64,000 bases of DNA from an uncultured Methanoregulaceae archaeon (GTDB taxonomy: Archaea; Halobacteriota; Methanomicrobia; Methanomicrobiales; Methanospirillaceae). How positions within the stretch are numbered: the first letter of the stretch is position 1; every line of letters starts with the position of its first letter. The notes under the pieces are model-generated. The model saw nothing but the letters and a program-made list of their open reading frames with translations. It was not told where the DNA came from and made no database searches. Positions 9,285 to 19,416 of the stretch are shown piece after piece. The position numbers and the translations under genes were made by a program. The stretch is from contig CAVTTL010000001.1 of the NCBI GenBank assembly GCA_963737635.1, positions 2,048,001 through 2,112,000 on the forward strand. Reading direction: 5' to 3'.

Positions 9285-9890
9285 TTACTGCACCTTTCGC
9301 TGTTTTCTGAGGAATCCTTCCGCTGCAATGAGATCGGCGCGGGTATTGACATTTATGGCAAGACGAGGATCGTCGAGGATCAGCTGGATCTCATCCTGAG
9401 GTCCGGTTATCCGGTCCCCTCGCAGGATGTTGAGGCCGGTTGGGCAGGCATCAACATCCCGGATTTTTGTACGATAGGTCGGGCCTCCCCGACAGGATGC
9501 AACAGTATTTGCAGGGACCCAGGTAGAACAGGCGTCCTTTCCTGATTTGGTATAAGCATCCTGAACCGTGGAAATGACATCGACGTCAATACAGGGGATA
9601 TCTGAAACGCTCACGAAAAGCGGCTGTTTCTCCTCGAGAGCCCGGACTGTTTCAACCATGTCCGGGATATAGTCTGCCCCTTCTGCATCGTATGTATCGA
9701 TACCGTTTGCCCGGCACCAGTTCCGGGTCATAGGTGTTTTGGGCGATGTTGCAACAATCACGGTGCACCCTGCCCCGGCAAAAGCGTCGATAATATAACG
9801 GATCATAGGCTGATCGTTGATAAGAAGGAGGGGTTTTTCCCCAAGATTCAGGCGACTTCCGGCCCCTCCTGCCATAATCAACGCACGCAT
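9285..9890 (-). CDS. cobY: GTP:adenosylcobinamide-phosphate guanylyltransferase
   Basis: MRALIMAGGAGSRL..EKPLL nucleotidyltransferase motif, LAINVNT; coupled to a cobD-like gene. Confidence 0.82.
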   Translation of the reverse strand: MRALIMAGGAGSRLNLGEKPLLLINDQPMIRYIIDAFAGAGCTVIVATSPKTPMTRNWCRANGIDTYDAEGADYIPDMVETVRALEEKQPLFVSVSDIPCIDVDVISTVQDAYTKSGKDACSTWVPANTVASCRGGPTYRTKIRDVDACPTGLNILRGDRITGPQDEIQLILDDPRLAINVNTRADLIAAEGFLRKQRKVQ

Positions 9891-10879
9891 GCGGATAATG
9901 CCTCCACGAGCAGGGTGTTTTCTTCGTGGGTCATTACAGCAACCCGGATACTGGATGCACGTCCGAACGATGCGCAATCACGCACCAGAATGCCGAGGTT
10001 TTCCAGCTGCGAACACAGCGTTTCTGCCTTGCGGCCACAGTCAACGAGCAGGTAATTAGCAGAAGAAGGACAACACCGCATACCCATATCTTCGATATGA
10101 TTTTGGAGGAACGCCCGTTCTTTCCTGATATAAGCTCGGGATTTTTCCAGCTCATCCATATGGTCGAATGCCTTAAGGGAGAACGCTTCTGCATACGCAT
10201 TCACGCTCCAAGGTGGGCGGGCAATCTCGATCTTCGCAATCAAATCCGGATCGCCAAAACCGTAGCCGAAACGAATGCCGGGCACAGCAAAACTCTTGGT
10301 AAGCGAACGCAAGACAAAAAGGGATTCCCCGCGCAGATCGACAAGGCTTTGGGAAGGGTCTGATAGTTCAATAAATGCTTCATCGGCAAAGAGAATACCG
10401 CCGTGTGACGATGCAGCCCGGAGGCGGTCTGTCATTTCAGGAACAGCGTGCAATTCGCCGGTCGGATTATTGGGATTACAGATAAAGGAAACAGTAGCAG
10501 CTTTTGGACTATCTGCCGGTGCTGCACCGGCGAGCCTGGCGGAGAGCTCGTATTCCCCGAATGTGGGTGTTTCCGTAAAGTATGTTTTTTTACCGGAGAG
10601 TACGACCGAACAGAAGACACGGATCAACTCAATGGAGCCGTTCCCCACACATATCTCTTCGGTGTCCCGGTGAAATACACGTGCGATACATTCTTTAAGC
10701 CGGTGGTATTCGTTATCGGGATACGACGAGACGCACTTAGGATCGCAGGTCCACCCGAACCGGGGTGGCAGAGGGTTGAGGCTCGCGCTGAAATCCAGCA
10801 GGTTTTTCCCTGTACTTTCCCGCTGTCGCTTTCCTGTACCTCCGTGAACTCCGGGACCCGGAAAATCAACAACCATCAA
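9878..10879 (-). CDS. PLP class I/II enzyme, probable threonine-phosphate decarboxylase (CobD-like)
   Basis: HGG..LDFSASLNP, CNPNNPTG, DEAFIE and RSLTKSFAVPGIRFGY; adjacent to cobY. Confidence 0.82.
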   Translation of the reverse strand: MMVVDFPGPGVHGGTGKRQRESTGKNLLDFSASLNPLPPRFGWTCDPKCVSSYPDNEYHRLKECIARVFHRDTEEICVGNGSIELIRVFCSVVLSGKKTYFTETPTFGEYELSARLAGAAPADSPKAATVSFICNPNNPTGELHAVPEMTDRLRAASSHGGILFADEAFIELSDPSQSLVDLRGESLFVLRSLTKSFAVPGIRFGYGFGDPDLIAKIEIARPPWSVNAYAEAFSLKAFDHMDELEKSRAYIRKERAFLQNHIEDMGMRCCPSSANYLLVDCGRKAETLCSQLENLGILVRDCASFGRASSIRVAVMTHEENTLLVEALSACVR

Positions 10880-10998
10880 ATTGCCTGTCTTTTGTCAGAA
10901 ACATTGGCTGGGAATTCATAAATGCGTTTGGAAAACGGGTCTGCCTCAAACGGAAAGATATTTATATCATAATGCTTCATTTTGGTATATCTGGTTAA

Positions 10999-11059
10999 GT
11001 CAGACACAAGAGTTCCCCTTGTCTGACATATGTATGACAAAAAGCAGACATATGTCAGA
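10999..11059. promoter_or_regulatory. Overlapping inverted repeats upstream of cdrS-ftsZ (candidate RHH operator)
   Basis: GTCAGACA(10999)/TGTCTGAC(11020) and perfect 12-bp TCTGACATATGT(11022)/ACATATGTCAGA(11048). Confidence 0.55.
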
Positions 11060-11071
11060 AATGGAGATACA

Positions 11072-11251
11072 ATGATGCAACGAATCACGCTCCGGTTACC
11101 CGAACAGCAGATAAGCCTGCTCCAGCAGATGGTGGATGCAGGCGAATATCCCAATGTTTCAGAAGCGGTCCGGGCCGCCGTGCGTGAGCTGGTTGAGAAA
11201 CGAGCCGGCCGTGTCTTAAAGGATAATGACCAGGTTTCATTCAAGGTTTGA
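11072..11251 (+). CDS. cdrS: Ribbon-helix-helix regulator CdrS type
   Basis: [28 protein letters not shown]; directly upstream of ftsZ, as in the archaeal cdrS-ftsZ2 arrangement. Confidence 0.85.
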   Translation: MMQRITLRLPEQQISLLQQMVDAGEYPNVSEAVRAAVRELVEKRAGRVLKDNDQVSFKV

Positions 11252-11261
11252 GAGGGTAGAA

Positions 11262-12428
11262 ATGCAGAGCATAATTAACGATGCGTTAAAAAATGCCGAA
11301 CTTGAAAAAGAAGTAAACAAGTCCGGATCAAATGCACCGGATGAAGATTTCCTTGGGCAGCCAAGAATTGTGATCATCGGCTGCGGAGGTGGCGGGAACA
11401 ATACGGTAAACCGTATCCACCACATGGGTGTCTCCGGCGCGGAAACGATTGCGATCAACACGGACAAGCAACACCTGGACATGATCCAGGCCGACAAACG
11501 GGTCCTTATCGGGAAATCCCTGACCCGGGGGCTTGGTGCCGGCGGTTATCCCGATGTCGGTAAGCGTGCAGCCGAGATGGCCCGCCCGACTCTTGAGGCA
11601 CTACTCGAGTCTGCCGATCTCGTGTTTATCACTGCCGGTATGGGAGGAGGTACCGGTACCGGTTCAGCACCGGTCGTGGCCCAGGTTGCAAAGGAACAGG
11701 GCGCAATTGTCGTAGGTATGGTCAGCTACCCGTTCCAGGTCGAAAAGGCCCGGCTGATCCGTGCAGAAGAAGGTCTTGAGGCGCTTGCCGCTTCAGCCGA
11801 CTCAGTCATCGTCCTTGATAACAACCGTCTGAAGAACTTTGTTCCAAACCTCCCCCTTGGCCAGGCGTTCTCGGTTATGGACCAGCTTATTGGGGAAACG
11901 GTCAAGGGCATTTCGGAGACCATCACGGAACCCTCGCTTATCAATATTGATTATGCCGATGTCCGGGCGATTATGTCCAAGGGCGGCGTCGCCTCCATGC
12001 TTGTAGGAGAGAGCAAGCAACAGAACAAGGCAGAAAGTGTCGTCCGGGAGTGCTTAAGCAACCCGATGCTCGACATTGACTACCGCGGCGCAACCGGAAG
12101 CCTTATCCATATCACTGGAGGTACTGACCTCACCCTGCAGGACGCGGAAGAGGTCGCAACCTCGCTTACCTATGAACTTGATCCGCACGCGGATGTCATC
12201 TGGGGAGCCCGGGTCCGGTCCGATATGGAAGGCAAGATCCGTGTCCTCGCTATCATGACCGGTGTCAAGAGTGCGCAGATCCTTGGGACCCGCCAGTCTT
12301 ACAAGACGATGGTGCAGGAGATCGATGCAAAGAGATCCAGTCCCAAGCAGGTCGAGATGCCCCAAGCGCGGAAAGTCGCACCCCGCGACCAGACGAGCGG
12401 TGGCGGCGTCCTTGAATGGGTCGGTTGA
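11262..12428 (+). CDS. ftsZ: Cell division GTPase FtsZ (FtsZ2 type by synteny)
   Basis: [27 protein letters not shown] tubulin signature and INIDYADV. Confidence 0.98.
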   Translation: MQSIINDALKNAELEKEVNKSGSNAPDEDFLGQPRIVIIGCGGGGNNTVNRIHHMGVSGAETIAINTDKQHLDMIQADKRVLIGKSLTRGLGAGGYPDVGKRAAEMARPTLEALLESADLVFITAGMGGGTGTGSAPVVAQVAKEQGAIVVGMVSYPFQVEKARLIRAEEGLEALAASADSVIVLDNNRLKNFVPNLPLGQAFSVMDQLIGETVKGISETITEPSLINIDYADVRAIMSKGGVASMLVGESKQQNKAESVVRECLSNPMLDIDYRGATGSLIHITGGTDLTLQDAEEVATSLTYELDPHADVIWGARVRSDMEGKIRVLAIMTGVKSAQILGTRQSYKTMVQEIDAKRSSPKQVEMPQARKVAPRDQTSGGGVLEWVG

Positions 12429-12461
12429 ACGTTCTCATAAAAATCAGATAAAATATATCAC

Positions 12462-12505
12462 AAAAACCGGGGGAAATGGCCTATGCCAGTCCCCCGGATT
12501 TTTTT
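12462..12505 (+). terminator. Hairpin plus T-run after ftsZ (possibly bidirectional)
   Basis: AAAAA-CCGGGGG..TGGC-ctat-GCCA..CCCCCGG-ATTTTTTT. Confidence 0.65.
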
Positions 12506-12599
12506 AAATCCTTGCTTAAAACGCTTTTTACCGGTGCAACCGGTTTTCTGCCGTACATCCCCGGCGAAACGCTTAAGAGGAGTCGCCGCCTTTAAAATA

Positions 12600-12898
12600 T
12601 AGTACATTCGACCAGATCATCTGGGAGGGAGAATGGTGGACGATACCCGTTTCGCGCGGGTGTCATCCGTGTATCGGGAGTTGAACATCATGAATCGAGT
12701 GTCGAACAAAGGCTTCTCACGGAAGTCTTGCAAACATTCTAAGGAACGATCCTTTTCTGATGTTTTTTGCCCTGCATCAGGCATGCAGAGCGGTCACAGG
12801 CCGGACGCGCAGGTTTCGTGCGTGTCCCTGTTAGTTACTGCCTCTGGACTCTGTGTCTGCACATCCCTTACAGGAGACAGGATGAGGAGTGGTACCGC
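12600..12898 (+). ncRNA. Candidate structured 5' leader RNA of the COG1340 gene
   Basis: About 300 nt with no convincing ORF and six or more short stems visible by eye; promoter-like GAAACGCTTAAG upstream; SD GAGGAG at 12884. Confidence 0.45.
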
Positions 12899-13759
12899 AT
12901 GTTGAATGATTTAATGGAAAAACGCAAGAAGATCCTTGCCGAGTCTGAACTGCACAAGAACAAAAGAAACGAGCTCAATGCCGCAGCCAGTAAATCCGCG
13001 CGGGAGCGGAATACGCTCAATAACCAGACCCGGGAATTCGTGGAAGAGGCCCAGAAAAACAAGGATCTCAGGGACAAGTACAACCAGGAAGTTCTCGACC
13101 TGAAAGCACAGCGGAACGAGTTAAACGATAAGGCAAATGTGCTGTTCGAAGATATCGAGGCATTCAAAAAAGAGCACGGGTCGCTTAAGAACCGGGGAAT
13201 CAAGGAACTCCAGAAGCAGATTGAATACATGGAGTACCGACAGCAGACCGAAGTCTTTACTACCGATAAAGAGCGCGAACTGATCGAAAAGATCAAGCAG
13301 ATGAAAGGTCAGGTCCGGGAACAGGAGGCTGAGCTTGAGCAGAACAAAGAGATGCGGACAAAGATCTCCTCCGCCCGGGATTTTCGCAAGCTGGCATCCG
13401 ATCTTCATGCAAAAGTAACAGAACTTGCGGAACTTGCCCAGAAGCACCACGACCTGATGGTGGAATCCTATCGGAAGGCAGACAAGTCACGCGAATCGGC
13501 TGACGCATCCCACAAGAGCTTTGTGGAGGCACAGGAATCTGCCGACGCCGAGCACAAATCCTTTATTGCCAACCAGAAAGAACTGCGCGATTATGATAAG
13601 GTTATTTCCGGTCTGCGCAAGAAGACAAAGAAGGTCAAGGTAACAAAGGAACAGAAAGCAGTCCGGCAGGAAGCAGAGCACCTGTTCAAAAACTTCCGGG
13701 CCGGGGAAAAACTCACCACGGACGATATTCTCCTGCTCCAGCGTTCAAAACTCATATAA
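12899..13759 (+). CDS. Archaeal coiled-coil protein (COG1340 type)
   Basis: KRNELN repeats, LEYRQQT-like MEYRQQTEVFT and C-terminal GEKLTTDDILLLQ. Confidence 0.88.
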   Translation: MLNDLMEKRKKILAESELHKNKRNELNAAASKSARERNTLNNQTREFVEEAQKNKDLRDKYNQEVLDLKAQRNELNDKANVLFEDIEAFKKEHGSLKNRGIKELQKQIEYMEYRQQTEVFTTDKERELIEKIKQMKGQVREQEAELEQNKEMRTKISSARDFRKLASDLHAKVTELAELAQKHHDLMVESYRKADKSRESADASHKSFVEAQESADAEHKSFIANQKELRDYDKVISGLRKKTKKVKVTKEQKAVRQEAEHLFKNFRAGEKLTTDDILLLQRSKLI

Positions 13760-13833
13760 CCTTTTTATCAATTAATTCTTTTTTACCAGCCGCAGGTAAA
13801 AATTAATAGATTTACGGTGATTTTAATATACCA

Positions 13834-14967
13834 ATGACAGTAGATCGGACTCTCGTCCTGAGTGTTGATCGGGACGATGATATCGGGTGGAAGGCAAAGA
13901 TAGAAAGCCCAGTCGTCGGCAGGCAGGAGTGCCTGAAGGCTGCCGACCGGCTTGCCCTTGCCGACCCGGAAGATTCCGATGTGAATGCTATATTTTCAGC
14001 AGTCAAAATTTATGACGAGCTGATCGCAAAAGGGGAAGAAGCAGTTGTGGCAGTGATCGCCGGCAACCACCTTCATATGATTGAAGGCGACCGCAAGATT
14101 GCAGCAACCCTTGATGAAGTGATAAAAGAGACCAAACCTACGTCATGTATCCTTGTCTCCGACGGTGCTGAGGATGAATTTGTCGTGCCTATCATCCAGT
14201 CCCGCATTCCGGTGGCGAGCATTCGCCGGGTAATCGTCAACCAGATGCCCAATCTCGAAGGGACATATTATATCCTGAAAAAACTCCTCGATGACCCGAA
14301 AGTGTCGCGGGTGGTTTTTGTTCCTCTTGGCCTTGCGATGTTGTTGTACGCAAGTGCGTTTATCCTTGGATACCCGGGAACCGCAACGATTGTCGTGATT
14401 GGTGTCATCGGCATGTACCTGCTGTACAAGGGGTTCGGTCTCGACGAATTGATCCATGGGATTATCAATGCACTGCGGGCCTCCATGTCCCGGGGCAAGT
14501 TTTCCTTTGTCACGTATTCTACCACTATCGTCCTGACTGTGATAGGATTTACCATCGGCTTCTTTACCGTCCTGAATTATTATAGCGAAGACAATTCCTT
14601 AGGCATCCTCCTGTATGTCATGAGTTTCATCTACGGGGCGATTCTCTGGCTGATTATTGCCGGTCTTATTACAGCACTTGGAGTGATGATTGATGTATAT
14701 ATCAATGAGCGGGAGAACATGGCAAAAGTCATTGTCTTCCCATTCTTTGTAACCGCTATCGGACTCATCCTGTATGGTGCCAGCGCGTACATACTCGCGG
14801 TCAGCAGTGTCTCTGGATTTCCCATAAGTCCGGCATCTGCCGGGACCTATATCCTGTACTCGACGCTGTTCGGGCTTGTTTGTGCAATCGCCGGTGTATT
14901 TCTCCAGTATATTGTTGCGAAACGACAGGCAGAAGCACAAAAAGAAGCTATCATCGAGACAATCTGA
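13834..14967 (+). CDS. DUF373 family membrane protein
   Basis: LVLSVDRDDDIG, ALADPEDSDVN and SDGAEDE, followed by multiple TM helices. Confidence 0.9.
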   Translation: MTVDRTLVLSVDRDDDIGWKAKIESPVVGRQECLKAADRLALADPEDSDVNAIFSAVKIYDELIAKGEEAVVAVIAGNHLHMIEGDRKIAATLDEVIKETKPTSCILVSDGAEDEFVVPIIQSRIPVASIRRVIVNQMPNLEGTYYILKKLLDDPKVSRVVFVPLGLAMLLYASAFILGYPGTATIVVIGVIGMYLLYKGFGLDELIHGIINALRASMSRGKFSFVTYSTTIVLTVIGFTIGFFTVLNYYSEDNSLGILLYVMSFIYGAILWLIIAGLITALGVMIDVYINERENMAKVIVFPFFVTAIGLILYGASAYILAVSSVSGFPISPASAGTYILYSTLFGLVCAIAGVFLQYIVAKRQAEAQKEAIIETI

Positions 14968-15097
14968 TTCGGTATCATGTTTAACTGCTGATCGTTTTTT
15001 TGACTCAATTCCATTCTATTTTTACCTGAAATATACGTGGCCGAATGTTCTTGTAGGTATTGGCATCCTGTGCCCGAATATGTCTGGGATGCTGCGG

Positions 15098-15586
15098 TTA
15101 AGAATGTGATACTGTCGGTGTTGCATTTATTGTGACGGTCTCAAAATAACCCACGCCATCACTAAACACGTTGGTGTTGGCATAATTTTGCACGACCTGA
15201 GGCGTCGTTATCGTCAGTTTCGGAATGACAACGTTGAACTGGTGTGATGGGAACCAGAATATTCCATTTCCATAAGAATATGATGCCTGATCTACCACAA
15301 ATTCCGCATCAGAGAGGTTGACGTATTGCATCTGGGCATTGTTAAAATTGAGAATAGTTATCAATTTATTTTTAAGGTCCTGTTTTCCCAGCAAAAAAAA
15401 GATGATCCTTGTCCCTTCATCGACGGAATAATGCATATCAATAAGGGCTGTATCATTGTGCAACTGGATTTGGACGGATTCAAGGGTAATATAGCCATAC
15501 CGTTCATCATTGGTTGCTGCGGCTGCCGGTGCTATACAAAGCACGATCAGGAAAAGACTGATACATGCTATAGCACGTCTATTCAT
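15098..15586 (-). CDS. Secreted hypothetical protein
   Basis: Signal peptide MNRRAIACISLFLIVLCIAPAAA. Confidence 0.7.
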   Translation of the reverse strand: MNRRAIACISLFLIVLCIAPAAAATNDERYGYITLESVQIQLHNDTALIDMHYSVDEGTRIIFFLLGKQDLKNKLITILNFNNAQMQYVNLSDAEFVVDQASYSYGNGIFWFPSHQFNVVIPKLTITTPQVVQNYANTNVFSDGVGYFETVTINATPTVSHS

Positions 15587-15679
15587 AGCACTATCAGTTT
15601 GAAGGCTGCAGTTAAATGGTTTACGATAATCGAGAGCTTCACTATGCATATTGCGGAGGAATAATAAGCCCTCTGAAAA

Positions 15680-15973
15680 TTATTTGTTTGATGAAAGGAT
15701 AATTTCGATACTCGAGACATTGGTCTTTCCGGTGTCGGTATCAATTACCTCTGTAGAGGTAATAACATCCTTTTTAGTAACACCGTCAAGAAACCGGTTT
15801 AATGCGATCTCCGCCGTATCAACTGCTCTTGAGATCGCCTTTCCCCGGGCCTTGATGGCAACCTCCCCAGCCCCATTGTTAAACTGGGTGACAACTGCGA
15901 GAACGTAGTTCATGACTGGTTTGTTCCCTACAAACACGGTATTTTCTTTCATTGGCTGTAGTGTGGTATCCAT
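15680..15973 (-). CDS. albA: Chromatin protein Alba
   Basis: [28 protein letters not shown] and VSSIEI; start uncertain. Confidence 0.96.
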   Translation of the reverse strand: MDTTLQPMKENTVFVGNKPVMNYVLAVVTQFNNGAGEVAIKARGKAISRAVDTAEIALNRFLDGVTKKDVITSTEVIDTDTGKTNVSSIEIILSSNK

Positions 15974-15978
15974 AGAAA

Positions 15979-16995
15979 TCACAGATAGTTCTTCTTTGTA
16001 ATCAGTTCAGCATTCAGCACACTTGCACCTGCTGCGCCGCGGATAGTATTGTGTCCCATAGCCACGAACCGAAGTCCCTCCCGCAGACGCCCAACAGAGA
16101 CCGTCATCCCACGACCCCGCATGCGATCGAGCCGGGGTTGGGGGCGGTCATCTTCTAAAAACAGGTGCACGGATTCTGGTGGCTGGGTTGGCAGGCCCTT
16201 TATCGGAGGTTTGTAGTCTGCATAGGCTTTTTTTACCTTTTCGACTGGTTCTTTGATATCTACCCAGACCGCCATCGTATGCCCGTCAATGACCGGTACC
16301 CGGTGGCAGCTTGCGCTTACGTGGAACGGTGCATTTACCACTTTCTTTCCTTTGAGGGTACCCATGATCTTGAGGGTCTCAGTCTCCATCTTCTCTTCTT
16401 CCTTTCCGATGTAAGGAATGACATTGTCGTAAATAGACATTGCCGCCACACCGGCAAAACCGGCTCCCGATATTGCCTGCATCGTGGCGACCCGGATATC
16501 AGAGAAATCGAATTTGCGCAACGGTGCAAGCGCTGTAACAAGCATGATGGTGGAACAGTTTGGATTGGTCACGATAAAACCGTCCCTTCCGGCGTCCCGC
16601 TGGACATCGATCAACCCCAGGTGTTCTGGGTTGACCTCCGGTACCACAAGAGGAACATCGGATTCCATCCTGTGTGAACTTGCATTGCTGCAGACCGCGA
16701 TGCCTGCATCAGCAAACGTGTTCTCGACATCCATCGCAATTTCGGCAGGGAGCGCGGAGAAGACCAGATCCACATCCTTCATCGCCGAAGGGGCAATATT
16801 TGTGACCTTAAGTTTTGCGATCTTCTCCGGAAACGGCGTTTCAAGGCGCCAGTTTACTACTTTCCCATAGGGCTTTCCCGCACTGCGTTCCGAGGCCGCG
16901 AGCGTTGTCAGATTAAACCAGGGATGATCTGATAAGAGTTCGACAAATCGCTGACCAACCGCGCCCGTAGCACCGAGCACTCCAACATTGATCAT
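15979..16995 (-). CDS. asd: Aspartate-semialdehyde dehydrogenase
   Basis: [21 protein letters not shown] and HNTIRGAAG. Confidence 0.97.
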   Translation of the reverse strand: MINVGVLGATGAVGQRFVELLSDHPWFNLTTLAASERSAGKPYGKVVNWRLETPFPEKIAKLKVTNIAPSAMKDVDLVFSALPAEIAMDVENTFADAGIAVCSNASSHRMESDVPLVVPEVNPEHLGLIDVQRDAGRDGFIVTNPNCSTIMLVTALAPLRKFDFSDIRVATMQAISGAGFAGVAAMSIYDNVIPYIGKEEEKMETETLKIMGTLKGKKVVNAPFHVSASCHRVPVIDGHTMAVWVDIKEPVEKVKKAYADYKPPIKGLPTQPPESVHLFLEDDRPQPRLDRMRGRGMTVSVGRLREGLRFVAMGHNTIRGAAGASVLNAELITKKNYL

Positions 16996-17248
16996 AACTG
17001 ACAGGTCCTGTGATAGTTTGTTTTTCCCGTTTGAAATGATGGCGGGTTGTAAAATCCCATTTCACCTGCGATAATAAAAACATTGTTTTTTTCAGTTTAC
17101 CTTTCCGCTCCTTTCAGCACCCGCCAGTTTCTTGCCGTTCGCTCCGGGTGCGTATGAAATCAAGACAGAGGCAACGGTCTGATAACTATTTTCTTATCGG
17201 ACCGGTGAACCCTGCAAGGAGCTGAAAAAAGGAATTTTTTAAAGAGAA

Positions 17249-17431
17249 TTATTCCATATGGATTGCTTCAGACGGGCAGACATCTACACATGTCTGACAG
17301 TCTACGCACATATCCTTATCTACCTTGGCTTTTTCGTTTTCCATGGATATTGCAGATGCGGGGCATTCGCTCACGCACGTTTCACAACCGGTACATTTTG
17401 TGGTATCAACAACTGCCACCAAAAAGTTCAC
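17249..17431 (-). CDS. 2x[4Fe-4S] ferredoxin
   Basis: CTGCETCVSECP and CVDCQTCVDVCP. Confidence 0.93.
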   Translation of the reverse strand: MNFLVAVVDTTKCTGCETCVSECPASAISMENEKAKVDKDMCVDCQTCVDVCPSEAIHME

Positions 17432-17501
17432 TCCATCGTAATAATGCGGTCAAAGACAAAAAATATGTTTCGATTCGAACAGTGATCGGGAAGAGGCAGG
17501 A

Positions 17502-18269
17502 TTATTTTTTTCGCAGGCCAAGCACGTCGTTCATGCCATAAATGCCCGGTTTTTTGCCCACAACCCAACGGGCAGCCCGGAGGGCGCCACTTGCAAATAC
17601 CGATCTGTCGTACGCCCTGTGAGAGAGTTCTATGGTCTCGAAATTTTTTGAAAACATGACCGTGTGATCCCCGACAATATCCCCTCCACGGATCACATGG
17701 ACACCGATCTCGTTGTCCCGTTCCATGAGGCCTTCCCGTCCATAGAGTTTCCTGCGGGCCCCTACCTCCTCTTCGAGGATCTGCAGAATGGTCTTTGCCG
17801 TGCCACTCGGGGCATCCTTCTTGTTCCGGTGGTGTGCTTCGATAACTTCAATATCGTAATCCCCGAGCAGTTTTCCTGCCTCCCGCACAAGCTGCCAGAA
17901 AATATTGACACCGACTGAAAAGTTGCTCGATATCACGGCAGGGACATTTCCATTAATGGCCGCTGCCATCGTTTCGCGCTGTTCCTGGGTAAACCCGGTC
18001 GTACCCACGATGAGTGCCACATGGTTTTTTGCCGCTGCTTTTACGGTCTCTACAGCCGCGTTTGCTATGGTAAAATCGATCAGGACATCGGGTTTTTCGC
18101 TTTTTAAAAGTGCTTCGATGTCCTGTACTGCCACAATATCAGCGCCGAAAAAACTGCCCGGGCGAAGATCTATCCCGCCGACAAGTTCAAGATCCGGTGC
18201 TTCTTTGACCATTCTCCCTAGGGTCTGGCCCATGCGGCCGGAGGCGCCGCAGATAACGACTTTAACCAT
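17502..18269 (-). CDS. dapB: 4-hydroxy-tetrahydrodipicolinate reductase
   Basis: GASGRMG, IDFT, GTTG, SNFSVGVN and EAHHRNKKDAPSGTA. Confidence 0.97.
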   Translation of the reverse strand: MVKVVICGASGRMGQTLGRMVKEAPDLELVGGIDLRPGSFFGADIVAVQDIEALLKSEKPDVLIDFTIANAAVETVKAAAKNHVALIVGTTGFTQEQRETMAAAINGNVPAVISSNFSVGVNIFWQLVREAGKLLGDYDIEVIEAHHRNKKDAPSGTAKTILQILEEEVGARRKLYGREGLMERDNEIGVHVIRGGDIVGDHTVMFSKNFETIELSHRAYDRSVFASGALRAARWVVGKKPGIYGMNDVLGLRKK

Positions 18270-18276
18270 ATCTGAT

Positions 18277-19206
18277 TCACCGCCGGCGGCGTTTTGCGGA
18301 TGATTTTTTCTTCTTGCCCATGTTCTCTGCCGCCGGAATGGTTGCAAGGACTTTCCTGAGTTCAGCAGTCTTTTTTTCGTCGAGGTTATCAAGAGGAAGC
18401 CGGACCGGTCCTCCTGCCATACCGACCAGTTCTACAGCTTTTTTGACCGGGATGGGATTTGTATCGATAAACATCGAACGGAAGAGGGGCGAAAGGGCAT
18501 AGTGCAGGGTAAGTGCTTTTTTCCAGTCACCTTTTTCTGCTGCTTCACACAGGGCAACCATTCGCCTCGGATCAACGTTTGCCGCAACCGAGATCACGCC
18601 TTTGCCTCCGAGCGCCATGATCGGGAGGGTAAGGTTATCATCTCCCGAGGTCACAACAAAGTCCTCATCCTGTGTCATCTCGATGATCCGCGAGACTTGT
18701 CCGACATTGCCGCTGGCCTCTTTGATCCCTACAATCCCGGGGTGTTGTGCAAGTTCAGCGATCAGATCGGGTTCGAGATTCTGGCCTGTGCGGCCGGGGA
18801 CGTTGTAGACTACTACCGGAATGTCAAGATCCGCAAGTTTCGTGTAATGCTTGATCAGCCCCGCACGGTTGGGTTTGTTGTAATACGGGCTGATAACGAG
18901 CACGCCATCGGCACCGGTGTCCTTTGCCGCCTTAGTAAGGATGACTGCTTCCGCCGTATTGTTTGAACCTGTACCGGCAAGGACAGGCACCTTGCCATTG
19001 ACCTTATCGATGGCTACACTGACAACTTTCTCGTGCTCGGCAAACGTGAGTGTTGCCGATTCGCCGGTCGAGCCACAGGGCACGATCCCGTGGATGCCAC
19101 AGGAAAGAAGATACTCAATGTTTCGCTCCAGACCCTGAACGTCAAGGTCCATCGCGGAATTACGTCGAAAAGGGGTTATGATAGCAGGAAGGACACCTTC
19201 GAACAT
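18277..19206 (-). CDS. dapA: 4-hydroxy-tetrahydrodipicolinate synthase
   Basis: CGSTGES, PYYNKP, YNVPGRT, GIKEAS and TNPIPVK. Confidence 0.97.
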   Translation of the reverse strand: MFEGVLPAIITPFRRNSAMDLDVQGLERNIEYLLSCGIHGIVPCGSTGESATLTFAEHEKVVSVAIDKVNGKVPVLAGTGSNNTAEAVILTKAAKDTGADGVLVISPYYNKPNRAGLIKHYTKLADLDIPVVVYNVPGRTGQNLEPDLIAELAQHPGIVGIKEASGNVGQVSRIIEMTQDEDFVVTSGDDNLTLPIMALGGKGVISVAANVDPRRMVALCEAAEKGDWKKALTLHYALSPLFRSMFIDTNPIPVKKAVELVGMAGGPVRLPLDNLDEKKTAELRKVLATIPAAENMGKKKKSSAKRRRR

Positions 19207-19214
19207 ATGTAGCG

Positions 19215-19406
19215 TTATGGGTGTCTTTTTGTATTAATTTTTCTTGTTATATATCCGGCGACCCGGTTCCGGACCCGTTTGCTGTCGATAGATGCCGATG
19301 ACGACAGCTGCTGCTTGTTCGCATCAAAGTTGTTCGAAAAGTTCTCTCTCTGGGTGGCAAGGAGTGCAGTGCCGATGGTTTTTATGTATGATGGCTTAAT
19401 TCCCAT
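19215..19406 (-). CDS. rps17e: 30S ribosomal protein S17e
   Basis: MGIKPSYIK..FDANK..SKRVRNRVAGYITR. Confidence 0.95.
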   Translation of the reverse strand: MGIKPSYIKTIGTALLATQRENFSNNFDANKQQLSSSASIDSKRVRNRVAGYITRKINTKRHP

Positions 19407-19416
19407 GGAATATTCC

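Noticed and set aside
12767-12898. N-terminal extension of the COG1340 ORF and ORF 12633..12905
   Set aside because: SD and family N-terminus point to ATG 12899; the upstream translations are not protein-like.
16996-17248. Possible lysine riboswitch in the asd leader
   Set aside because: No recognisable L-box consensus or convincing stems by eye.
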